From: Oopsacas minuta
Lineage: Eukaryota; Animalia; Porifera
Direction: 5' to 3'
DNA length: 64,000 bases
Assembly (NCBI GenBank): GCA_024704765.1
Contig: JAKMXF010000222.1
Coordinates: forward strand, 310,001 to 374,000
The notes under the pieces are model-generated. The model ran no database searches. It had not been told where the DNA came from and saw only the letters and a list, made by a program, of their open reading frames with translations. The translations under genes were made by a program, and so were the position numbers. Shown piece by piece: positions 51,379 through 62,114 of this stretch (its first letter is position 1; each line of letters opens with the position of its first letter).

Positions 51379-52874
51379 TTTAGCTAGTATTGAAACTTTT
51401 CAATAAACATATTTATTAGAATTATGGAAAATGATACATTTGTTTTCCTTTAGAATTACAATTCAATAAATGTTGCACAGGTGAAACGACGAAAACATAA
51501 TAACTACTGTAGTAATTCACGAATTTCTTGGTTTAGCTGGTAAAATGGTGTAAAATTCGCTATATTTCTATTATCAGTGTTTCTTAATCCACAGAAAAAG
51601 CCTACGGACCCAATGGAAATTTTGCAGCACATGAAAACTACGCATGAAATAGTCGTTTAGGAATACTATACGCGACGTTTCGAATGAAAATAACAAACAC
51701 AATTATATTATGCTTCAAGTAACCATATATTACATCTTGATATATTTATATCACCCCGCGTAATATAGGAAATCTTACACCGGACAGACAGGGTAACGAC
51801 ATGCATTTAATGATAATACAATACAAATAAGGAAAATTCAAAAATATCCTATAATTTATATTACACAATAAGTGTAATACTGTTTTGAACGATCTAATAA
51901 TTGTGTAATATTTACTATTATTCATATAAGCTCTTTGTAATATCATATTTAGAATCTTATTTAATTAAAAATAATACTGTATAAGGGATAAATCTGTAAT
52001 GAGTTGATATAGGCAATATAAGGGGAATTTTATTTGTGAATTATATTCTCCGATAAATACACAGGCCTAATATTAGATATGATTCATTACATCAAATGGT
52101 TTGACTTAGATCATACTTAAGTATACTTCAATTTATATTTTGCGATTCAATGTCTCTTACTCAGAAATGCAACACAAACCGGAGGGAGACGTGTATATAT
52201 ATCTGTACACAAACGTAACACTAGCTCTATTCACAAATGTCATACTCCTGGGGAGGCATTGCATTGTGCCATGAAAATTTTGATCTTGCTGGAAAATTGG
52301 TCAGGTGGACCAAAATTCCACGAAAATTCGTCTTACCCTGAAAAATTTGTCCCCTCCATTTTTACGTTTATCTAATTAAGTAATAAATAATTTCGTGGAT
52401 GAACTTTTGGAGAGTCAAAATCTGATATAAGAGGTGTATCAGTACCTAAAAAGCTTGATAGTAAACTAATTAGAGAATAAATCAATTTCTACAACCAGAA
52501 CACATCAGGAAGTAGTCTGCATTCGGGCAACATCTGGAAGCTTGGACACTAATCCGAGAAAATCCCTGAGCTACAATCCAAATGGTGACCAAGCTACACC
52601 AAATTCCATGGGAAATATTCCATATGACCAAATTTTCTGGGGACCAATTTTCCAGTGACATCACCTCAATGGCCGCACACAACTATTTAGAATTAAGAAA
52701 TACAAAAGAGTAAAAACTGTGTAACTACTAAACATGAATTACACCGGAGCAGTATTAAAGCCTTACAATTGCCTTACAATAGCCTTATAATGGCTTTATA
52801 ATATTCCATTCTTACTGAGATTACTAATATAATATTCCAATCAAATCACTCTAGCTATACACTTGTACTTCAAT

Positions 52875-55800
52875 ATGTCCAATATAATAAACCAATCAAT
52901 TCTTCTATCAGGCCAAATAGACAGTGACCCTATCCCTCTCACCAGTTCTAATGTAATCGTACACTGCTCCAAGCAGCCAAGCACTCCCCCACAGGCAGGC
53001 AGTACTATACAGGTGAAGTCTGAAGCTAGCAATAGAGTTCAGGTTCAAAACCTAACCAATCAACAGTGGGATCTGAAACGACTCACTGATAACCTAATTT
53101 GTGAGAATGAGAATTTCTTAGCTTACATTCTCCACGGTAAAAACGGTTGTCTGGTAAGATTGATGCACAAACAGAGTAAACAGAGACAGCTGATAAAATC
53201 TTTCCAAAGTACAGTGGTTGATCTAGTTTTCGTTCATATAGGTTATGATATGATTGCGTGTCTCGAATTATCAGGCACACTAACTGTATGGTCAATTCAC
53301 TTCAAAGAGGAAAATATTAGCCCAGATTCAAGCATAGCTTCTAATACCGATAACTCAATTTCTACTGAACTTATTCTAAGGATAACTCAAGCTAAAATCA
53401 GGCGCTATAGCACGCTACGTATTGTATGGTGTAGTCTACCATTCACTACACCAGAATCTACAGAATCATTGAGATCTATACGTTCTTATTCTCCATACTT
53501 TTGTGTTACATTGAACGACAAATGTGAAGTATGGGATTTAGATAAAGCAACTGAAGCACAGAAGTATTCAGGAAATGATTTTATAACAGCTGAGGATGAT
53601 AATAACAATTCTTGTATTTCAATACTAAATGCACATAATGGAGATATATTAGACGTAGCCTTCAGTCCTGATGAAGCATATCTTGCTACATGTGGAAAGG
53701 ACGGGACAGTCAAATGTTGGTCAATTCAAATGAATAAATGTGTGCATAGATTGAATCCACATGAAGGAGTAGAAGTATCGCAGATTAAGTTTCTAGATGA
53801 TCTGACTTATTCCACACGAAACGAAGCACATGCTGATAGTTTCTGGAAATTTATTCTTACGTTATCACGGCCCAAATGCGAAATAAAGTTATGGTCCTGT
53901 ACAGATTGGGGTTGTCTCCAGTCGATAACTTTCCAATCCGCAGTAGACCCTCCTCCTGTCTTACGAATCACGACACACCTCTCTTCGCGGTTTATCGCAC
54001 TCTGTGATACACAAAGACCCCTTCTATACATCTTAGAGTTTTCTCGCGAAACTTCACACTTCATAACTCTAGGTGAATTTGCCCTTATACATCCTATATT
54101 ATCTCTGTCTATTGCATCCCTGCAGTCTTATCAACCAACAAATGAACCAGGGATATTAAAACTATCCACCACTACTGAAGATCTGTTACCAGACAAATAC
54201 ACTCAAATAGTTCTACACTCCGTACATGCCAAATCCCTACAAGAACTAAGTGTATGCTACTCACAAGCTGTTTTGAAGGAAGATTCAAGTACTAAATTCT
54301 CTAGCCCAGTCGTGCATACTTTAGAAGAGCTAGAAGCTTCTCCTGTATTGAGTGAGCCTACCGACAAAACTCTATCTGATAAGTTAAACAGCACCGAATT
54401 GACTGACGTCACAAAAGATGATAATCTATCAAGTGAATCAGTTGATAAAATGGATCTACAAGATTCTGTAGACACACAGCATGACGTCATAGATAATGAT
54501 GATGAGATTACTATACCACCAGGTCCAGGTTCTGGAGTAGAAACTATGAAGAAATTAAGAAGTATGTTAAACCTCCCTGATCCCATAATATCACCTAGCA
54601 TACAAGCATACCCTCCTATACAAGCTGAAGAGGTGTTAAAAGTCGCGAATATAGGCGCGTATAATTATTTCGCAGCTGATATAAAAGATGTTGAAGAAAA
54701 GATGGAACAGTTACTCAATGTAAATACTTCTGATAATCCCAAGACAGAAGAAAGTATCCTAAACGGATCATCTCTGTCTCACAGTCATTCGTCTACTATT
54801 AGTGCTGAGGGAAAGCAAGAAATATCCTCACAAGGCAATGAGATCGTTCCTGCAGAATTAGACACCTCAACACAACAGGAATTATCGCGAATAAACCAAG
54901 AACTAACCGAACAGCGGAAAGCTAATATTGAATTACGACGTGAAATTTCTCACATTTCACATCAAATGAAAACTCTACTCCATAAGGAAGGACCTAACAG
55001 ACAATGTCTAAATCATCTCTTGCAAACACAAAATCATCAAATGCAATCCCTTGGACAACTCATATCTACGCAACAACATTTAACACATAGAGTAGAAATG
55101 AATTTAAAAGCTAACGAGTCTGATAGAATGAATGAAAAACCGCGAAATGAAACACTGATCGCGAACATAAACTCTAATCTAAGTCATATACTAACAAGTC
55201 AAATAAATAATTTACTCGCAAACGAAATAAACCAAATCGTTATGAAAATAGTAACAGATTCTTTGAATAATTTTCAAAAATCTCTTCCCACAATTCTAAA
55301 AACTATAATGAACGAACAAATGAAAATAATCGAAACAAATCTTGAACAATTTCTCATACAATTAATGCAACGTCAGGATGTAATTGAAAAAGTGAGTATA
55401 CAGCTGTCACAAGCGATGACAACACCTGTTAAAGAATCCCAAAAGAAGGTATTCTTAGAAATAGCATTACCAGCTTTTGATAAGTGTTGTAAGCAAATGT
55501 TTCAACAAATGAATGATACAATAGTCAAGGCATCCCAGGAATACGCTAAAGATATGCAACAGTGCGTGCAAGTAATCCGTGAACAGGCTGATAACGTGAA
55601 AAAAGATGGAGAAGAAGCCACAACACCAACTAGACTGGGTAAAGATGATGTCATTATTAAATGTGATCAGATTGCTAACAGTATTGAACAGTTACCACAG
55701 TTAATATGTAATGAAGTACAGCGTGTGTTACATGATGAGTTATCCACATGGACACAATCATTACCACCTTCTAGCAATCAAGTGTCTATCGAACAGATTA

Positions 55801-56210
55801 AAACTGACATTGAGAAGCGATTGAGTGAAGGACAAATTGCACAGGCATTTGATCTAGCTTTAACTGCGAATAACCTTGAAGCAGTAGAGTATATTTGTGC
55901 ACAAGTACAACCGGGAGAAGTACTAGAATCTGATCCACCAATTCTCAGCCAAGCTCTACTCCTTTCACTTATACAGCAACTCTCATTCGATCTAACATCT
56001 AACTTACAATTGAAACTCCGTTATCTTATAGACGCAATACACTCAATTGATCCTGCACATGAACATGCAGGACAAGTACTACGTGACCTCCTACAAACTC
56101 TAACACATACTTCAAACCAACTCGCATCAGCTGAGCCATTCTGTGTTCATCTATCTAAAGTAAACTGGCTTATGAAATACGTTAAAAAGACAGTTGACAG
56201 CATAGACTAA
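52875..56210 (+). CDS. EDC4: Enhancer of mRNA-decapping protein 4 (Ge-1), intronless, 1111 aa
   Basis: WD40 region (NLICENENFLAY...LIKSFQSTVVDLVF), Ser-rich linker, coiled coil, and C-terminal LSQALLLSLIQQLSFDL...KLRYL. First ATG at 52875. Confidence 0.92.
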   Translation: MSNIINQSILLSGQIDSDPIPLTSSNVIVHCSKQPSTPPQAGSTIQVKSEASNRVQVQNLTNQQWDLKRLTDNLICENENFLAYILHGKNGCLVRLMHKQSKQRQLIKSFQSTVVDLVFVHIGYDMIACLELSGTLTVWSIHFKEENISPDSSIASNTDNSISTELILRITQAKIRRYSTLRIVWCSLPFTTPESTESLRSIRSYSPYFCVTLNDKCEVWDLDKATEAQKYSGNDFITAEDDNNNSCISILNAHNGDILDVAFSPDEAYLATCGKDGTVKCWSIQMNKCVHRLNPHEGVEVSQIKFLDDLTYSTRNEAHADSFWKFILTLSRPKCEIKLWSCTDWGCLQSITFQSAVDPPPVLRITTHLSSRFIALCDTQRPLLYILEFSRETSHFITLGEFALIHPILSLSIASLQSYQPTNEPGILKLSTTTEDLLPDKYTQIVLHSVHAKSLQELSVCYSQAVLKEDSSTKFSSPVVHTLEELEASPVLSEPTDKTLSDKLNSTELTDVTKDDNLSSESVDKMDLQDSVDTQHDVIDNDDEITIPPGPGSGVETMKKLRSMLNLPDPIISPSIQAYPPIQAEEVLKVANIGAYNYFAADIKDVEEKMEQLLNVNTSDNPKTEESILNGSSLSHSHSSTISAEGKQEISSQGNEIVPAELDTSTQQELSRINQELTEQRKANIELRREISHISHQMKTLLHKEGPNRQCLNHLLQTQNHQMQSLGQLISTQQHLTHRVEMNLKANESDRMNEKPRNETLIANINSNLSHILTSQINNLLANEINQIVMKIVTDSLNNFQKSLPTILKTIMNEQMKIIETNLEQFLIQLMQRQDVIEKVSIQLSQAMTTPVKESQKKVFLEIALPAFDKCCKQMFQQMNDTIVKASQEYAKDMQQCVQVIREQADNVKKDGEEATTPTRLGKDDVIIKCDQIANSIEQLPQLICNEVQRVLHDELSTWTQSLPPSSNQVSIEQIKTDIEKRLSEGQIAQAFDLALTANNLEAVEYICAQVQPGEVLESDPPILSQALLLSLIQQLSFDLTSNLQLKLRYLIDAIHSIDPAHEHAGQVLRDLLQTLTHTSNQLASAEPFCVHLSKVNWLMKYVKKTVDSID

Positions 56211-56959
56211 AGTACTCTCCTTCATTACTCGTTTTTGTATTTTGTTAAATTAGTTTGTTTGTTGCGCAGCGGTGACAATGTATTGTATCTTGTGTTTACT
56301 TGTTTATCTTTATGTTAATGTTGTTTTATTTTCGTAGCAATATTGTTGTTTGTTATTTTTTGTTTGTTATATCATTATATATCATTATAGAGTGTTTCGG
56401 CTTAGCCTTAAAAATGTGTTCAACACATGTTTTGGAAACAAACTAAAATACAGTAGACTCTGATTAATAGGATCAGGTCGGGACCAGACAAGCAGAGATA
56501 CTTACATATATCCTAAAGGTGAGGAAAATAAATGTCAGGGCTGTTTAGACATTAGATAACGGCGGGAAATTTTATATTTTATAACATTACTCAGCATATA
56601 TCTCTACCGTAAATTCTATTAAAACTCGACCATATTAGTTTGTCAAATAATACTCAAAGTGTATAAATACTCAATCTATCTCTTAATTAATATACGAGCC
56701 AATCAGTTATCTCCTATCTTATTTGTTCTTACAATGAGTTCCTATGAAGTTATAGTAAATTTTGCCAGCACTTGTGACCTTTTTAGGACCCAAGTGTGTC
56801 TACTAGCACTACTCCCCATCAGAGACCTCTGGAAAGGGAGGAGATAGTCAGCACAGGAGGCATGGAGGTAGAGCTGAACACGATACTCGTTATTTTTACG
56901 TCTTTCTCAGATTTCTTTTTAACAATATCACAATACGTATGTTAATCGAATTAATCTGC

Positions 56960-57510
56960 TACAGGTATGAGCTGTTGGTCTAAGGGGCCGTTCAAGTTAC
57001 CTACACACATTTCCCTTTTGACCCTCACTTGTTCAGCCTTTTCACCGTTTTGTAAGCTGTCACACTTCGCATACCAGCCCCTTCCCTTGTAGTGTTATGT
57101 AACATTTGCACCAGTATGGATAGTTGGATACTTTCTAGTATGTAGATTTGTTGAATTTGTTATTCTACCATAGCATTGAAAAACGATTAAGTTGTATAGA
57201 ATAGGGATATTCTGTGGATGTGGGATGTGTTCTTCTTTAGATTTGAACCATCCACCATATAATTTTGAACTCTTTTTGTATCTCAATCAGCTAGTGTAAC
57301 GTATAAACTATGTTCAATTGAATCAAGACATGTATTCATTGTTAGTTGAATTCTTTTTTTTGAAGTTCATTAGTTGATTAGCTTCATCCCAGATAACTTC
57401 CAGTTCCCCAACAATTAGCTGAGTATTCACTTCAATCAGCTGTCTCATATGTTCGCTAACTCACAAGAGACTTATTTCGATCTATCACCTCTCTGTAAAA
57501 TCACGTACCG
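56960..57510 (-). pseudogene. Decayed paralog of the 58731-59834 NHL-repeat gene
   Basis: DNA similarity to the neighbour (agagaggtgatagatcgaaataagtct...tgggatgaagctaatcaa, GGWFKS..PQN, ttagaccaacag) with frameshifts, stops and internal deletions. Confidence 0.8.
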
Positions 57511-57859
57511 TAGAATCGTCTCATGAGCACGAAGAAGGTAGAATAGGAGGACGAGGTCAATAATTATGACGAAAAGGGTACAATCATACAAGTGACTGGT
57601 GTGCTTGGCTGTTTGCTGGCATGAAAGAGGTGGCACCAATTTACCATTCCAAAATAAGAGAGCTGAGGGTCTTGGCCAAGGTTCGTCCAGAGACCTGGAT
57701 GGAACAATGTGATGACAGGCCACCCACAATTTATTTCAGGGTAAAATGCTACATCATAGCACATGCAAGCCTGCCAGGGCTTTTTCGTATGTTTTTGATT
57801 TGGTGGTGGACTAAAGAGGTCAGTGGTGTAGGAATAGTACGAGACAATGTGAACGGACA

Positions 57860-58340
57860 ATATGGAGGTAAGTATCTGAACACGATTATAATAATAATCA
57901 CTAATGTATACCTCTCCGTTAGATTCATCAAATACCAAACTATGATTGGATAATCAAATTCCAATTCTCCTTCTTCAGGTTTCCCTATTTTAGAAATAAC
58001 TTCCCATTCACCTGGTAATTCAGAATACAATCGCTTTCTAGTGTAATAAGAATCCTATCTCAACATATAGCTAACCCAATTGGATGATATATCTTTCCTT
58101 CTCCTTCATCATCCCCAAATTTGAATATAATCTTACCATTATTATCGAATACCTTCACGCAACTATTCCCCCAATCTGCTACATATTTATCTTCTGTAGA
58201 ATTATCAATACTCATCCTTCCTGGCCCCCCTTTCCCCTTTTCAAACACGGACTATAGGTTGTACCTTACTCTTATAGTTTTCTACGAAGAAAATTCTCTC
58301 AAAATATTTGCTGTAACCATTAGTTTAGTCCTATAAATTT
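57860..58340 (-). pseudogene. Decayed NHL-repeat gene (second subfamily)
   Basis: YVADWGNSCVKVFD..GKIIFKFG..HPIGLAIC*DRIL, then FDESNGEVYISDYYYNRVQIL, split by an in-frame TGA and two frameshifts. Confidence 0.8.
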
Positions 58341-58730
58341 GCAATATATATCTTCCGTTTATTTCCCGTATATAGCTTCCCTTAAATTGTTTGATTACAA
58401 CAATACGCGTAAATATCTAATAATCTGAATACACTAATAATAATTCAAAGATAACTAAAATAATATTCCACATTTGTAAATACAGTGGAAATTGCATTAA
58501 CCGAAACACAAGTAAACTTTATATCAAATCCTTTCGGTAGATATATTATAGGTAACCGTGAGAAATTCATGTAGGTGAAAAGAACTGTAGTTTGTCATGT
58601 ACCTTCCCATCAGTTGTTACAATAGAGCCTAGATCATCTACTGCTATTCCTATAGGGTTACTGAATTCTCCTGCAGCTGAACCTTCTTTACCGAATTTAG
58701 TTATCAGTCTACCTTCATTTGAGAATATCT

Positions 58731-59834
58731 TCACTTGAGTGTAATGAGTATGTTAAGTTGTTGGTCTAAGCAAAAACAACGTACGTATTCCAAGAATTCT
58801 TTGTGTATAATACATCTAAGTAAATTGCCTTGTTTCGAAAATGCTTGTATAGGATAATCTGTCTTCTTAAAAGCTATGTAGAATACATCTCTAGCTGGTG
58901 AGATGTCTTGTAGCTTCGTATCTTCATTGAATTCAGTATATAGTTGTATATTGTTTTCTTCTACCAATTCCATTGTTAAGACTGATAACTTTACATTATT
59001 ATATTCACCCAAAAAGACATGAGTATTATCTGTGCAGATTCCTGACATATGGTCAAGAAATTTGCAGGATACTTTCTGGTAGGTAGATTTGTTGAATTTA
59101 ATTATCACATTGAAGCATTGAACAAAGATGAAGTTGTGTAGAATAAGGAAATTCTGTGGCCTTGTCATCTGTTCATCTTTTAGAGATTTGATCCAACCGC
59201 CATTTCCAGAGAATATCTGAACTCTATTTTCATTCCAATCAGCTACATATATCCTATCTTCAATTGAATCAATTGCTATTCCCCATGGATATTCTAACTG
59301 GTTATCTTGCTTACCTTGATCACAAGGACTCCACTTGAGTGTAATAGGAATGTTATCTTCAAACTTCACATATCTCTGCTTACTAGCACAGAAAGTATTG
59401 ATGCTATCTTTCAATTCTTTCACTTTCCAATTCAGTTTTATGTATGGAATATCAATGTTCATTCTTCTTTTCACTGACTCAATAGCTTCAGGTATTTGAT
59501 TGAGAGGATTCGGTAGAGATGGATCCAAATCTTTGAATATTTTCTCCATTTCTGTTCTGTGTTTGTTTAATTCTTCTATCTTTTTATGAATTTCTTCTTT
59601 TTGGAAGTTCATTCGTTGATTAGCTTCATCCCAGATAGTTTCCAATTCCCTAATAATCAGCTGAACCTTCTCTTCAATCAGCTGTTTCATATCTTCGCAT
59701 ATTTTCCTGACTAAAGACTTATTTCGATCTATCACCTCTCTCAGTATATTCATCCTGTCTTGTAGCTTGTTGCTGACCGGTATCAAGCTAACAGGCCCAC
59801 TAGCTAGATTCTCATTGATTTGTGCTGTTGCCAT
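58731..59834 (-). CDS. Coiled-coil + NHL-repeat protein (TRIM/NHL-like, no RING/B-box), last blade frameshifted
   Basis: N-terminal coiled coil and NHL motif QLEYPWGIAID..RIYVADWNENRVQIFS. The expected last blade (QVKIFSNEG..FG..GEFSNPIGIAVD) lies in another frame at 58737-58567. Confidence 0.8.
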   Translation of the reverse strand: MATAQINENLASGPVSLIPVSNKLQDRMNILREVIDRNKSLVRKICEDMKQLIEEKVQLIIRELETIWDEANQRMNFQKEEIHKKIEELNKHRTEMEKIFKDLDPSLPNPLNQIPEAIESVKRRMNIDIPYIKLNWKVKELKDSINTFCASKQRYVKFEDNIPITLKWSPCDQGKQDNQLEYPWGIAIDSIEDRIYVADWNENRVQIFSGNGGWIKSLKDEQMTRPQNFLILHNFIFVQCFNVIIKFNKSTYQKVSCKFLDHMSGICTDNTHVFLGEYNNVKLSVLTMELVEENNIQLYTEFNEDTKLQDISPARDVFYIAFKKTDYPIQAFSKQGNLLRCIIHKEFLEYVRCFCLDQQLNILITLK

Positions 59835-60258
59835 TTCTCAGTTAATAAAATAGAAAAATATTTATTGTAGAAATGGCTTATGCATATTGACTGTATGAAA
59901 TAATATATGGGTATATGGTTCAGTATATTAATAGCCACACAATTGCGTAATGTTATTATGTAAACAGTAATATTTCTGTGTTTTGTAATGAATAAATACT
60001 GTATTTTATGCTTGAAATATAGCCAATCTTCTTCACGCATGGTTTTCTTATACTAATTTTAACATATTTTGTGGACCCTCTAGTCCCTTACGGTACATAT
60101 ACTAAAATGGAATACGAATTTTGAGATCCTGTGAGACCCAAATTCGACTTTTCAAAATACATATAGCCCATCATACACGAAGCATATTTGTTGTATCGTG
60201 TATGGTAGGCTTAAGTTTTCACTTTATTAAATCAAAATGGCTATTTGATTAGAACTTA

Positions 60259-60405
60259 CAGTGGAGTATCCGAATAACGGACACGTTGGGGCATGGTATC
60301 TGTCCGTTATAGAGAGTGGTCCGCTCCTCGGAGACTGCTTAAGTATTAATTAATGACAAGCTTGGGCAAATTCAATCGGAGTGTCCGTTTTTGTAGACTC
60401 CACTG
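60259..60405. mobile_element. Tc1/mariner-like MITE
   Basis: CAGTGGAGT / ACTCCACTG ends, TA on both flanks, internal ACGGACAC / GTGTCCGT inverted motifs. Confidence 0.75.
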
Positions 60406-60583
60406 TATTCATATATTCAATGAATATATCCAATGAGTTATGGACTGATCATATTCTATGAACTGCAAGCATAAATCATTGAAAGAGCACAAACTATATT
60501 ATCGTATGTAATAATACAATAAACACAGTGTAATAATGTAGAAGTGATGGATGCGAATAACTAAATAAATATGAATTAAAATT

Positions 60584-61564
60584 CTAAATTTGTGTCAACT
60601 TAGACGTATAAATCTCTACAAATATTCTAATAACAATTTCATCTGACCCTGAGTACTCGTCTTTTAATAAATTTTCCTCTTCAGCCATCCGAAAACCTTG
60701 GCCCTTACTTTTCCCAACCAGTTGTCTGGAAAAATCTTCCTTGTATTCTGCTGTTTTTATTTGTGCAGAGATAGACCTTTTGGCGCTCTTACTACTTACG
60801 AGAGTTAGAGTTATTATGCCATCAAAAGGCCAAACTATAACCTTATCAAATTCACCTTTACACACGTGTATGAAAACCCTTAAAGCATCTTTCTTAGAAT
60901 CTTTGAAATTCATTGAAGCTTGAAATTTGTAGAATCCAAAATAGAAATATTTGCTAAGTTCAGTCGAATTATTTTTCAATTTCTCTCTTACTCCATTTAC
61001 TCTCCATTCTACTTCATGACCACGTTTAGTTTTTTGTTCTATTTCAATGAATTTTTCTTGCATTATCTTCACTTCTTCTTTCATCGTTGAAATATGCTCA
61101 CTCACCAATTTGATGTGTTTTACATTAGAATCATTTTCGTGAATTTTCATATCTTGTCTTTTACGTTTTATTTCACAGCCAAATTCTTTGTAACAGCATG
61201 CTACTTCCATAAAAGCACAAGTATCACTATGATTAATCAGCTCAGAAATTGTCCCATTCCATTCACAACCTTTCTCCTTCAAAGCACAACGGCAATTAAG
61301 TTTATGAATTGCTTTCATTTTTATTTCATCAAATTTACCAATATCTTTATGTAAGCAAAATTGGCATTTATAGCCTGTATCTGTCAGGCAAGGTTCACGT
61401 AGCAAACCATCACACTCAGTACACATTAGCATAGCGGAGAGGAAATTGTCTAATTCCTGTTCTAATAACTCTGGTTTATATCCATGGTATGAGTTGGTTG
61501 TAGATTTGTGAATACAGATTTGTTTTAGTGTGGTGTTTGATATTTTATCTACATCCTTCCACAT
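60584..61564 (-). CDS. TRAF-family protein (degenerate RING, TRAF Zn fingers, coiled coil, MATH domain), intronless
   Basis: CTEC..LLREP, C...EKGCEWNG, C....FGC...RQDM..H, MATH-like FYFGFYKF..VFIHVCKGEFD..WPF. Confidence 0.85.
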   Translation of the reverse strand: MWKDVDKISNTTLKQICIHKSTTNSYHGYKPELLEQELDNFLSAMLMCTECDGLLREPCLTDTGYKCQFCLHKDIGKFDEIKMKAIHKLNCRCALKEKGCEWNGTISELINHSDTCAFMEVACCYKEFGCEIKRKRQDMKIHENDSNVKHIKLVSEHISTMKEEVKIMQEKFIEIEQKTKRGHEVEWRVNGVREKLKNNSTELSKYFYFGFYKFQASMNFKDSKKDALRVFIHVCKGEFDKVIVWPFDGIITLTLVSSKSAKRSISAQIKTAEYKEDFSRQLVGKSKGQGFRMAEEENLLKDEYSGSDEIVIRIFVEIYTSKLTQI

Positions 61565-61622
61565 AACACAGGTTAAATATGAACCCGCGAAACTTTACTA
61601 AATGATAAAAACTAACAAAATA

Positions 61623-61751
61623 CAGTGTAACCTTCAAAAACAGGATGCTAGGGACGCCGAAAAATGCTACCCCATTTGCATGGGACAAGGAATTCGCTCT
61701 ATTTAATTTCGCTCCGATTCCAGAAGTTCCTCGTTTCTAGAGGTTTCACAG
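61623..61751. mobile_element. MITE, CAGTGTAACCTCC family, copy 3
   Basis: TA-CAGTGTAACCTTCAAAAACAGG left end is the reverse complement of the right end of 306-481. Degenerate right end AGAGGTTTCACAG-TA. Confidence 0.6.
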
Positions 61752-62114
61752 TACACGAAAAAGTTTCAAACGAGTCATTGCATTATTTCCCCCAAATACT
61801 CTCTTGTAAATTATTCGATTACAGCAACCATTAGTCTGAATACATTGATAATAATTCAAAGAGAACAAAAGACCAAACAACTAAGTAAAATGCAATGAAA
61901 CACAGTACTCCACAATAACTTAAACAGACAGCGAATTGAAGAGACAATTTGTAGCTAAATAACGTAACAGATTCATAAAATTAATAATTAAAAATGAAAG
62001 AAAGTTCAGCAATATTTGTGTGTCGCAAAACCTCTGAAAATGCTAATAACGGAGCAATACTACGTAACTTGAATAAAATACTATTTATGGATTATAAGAT
62101 AGAGAGGTAGGGAG

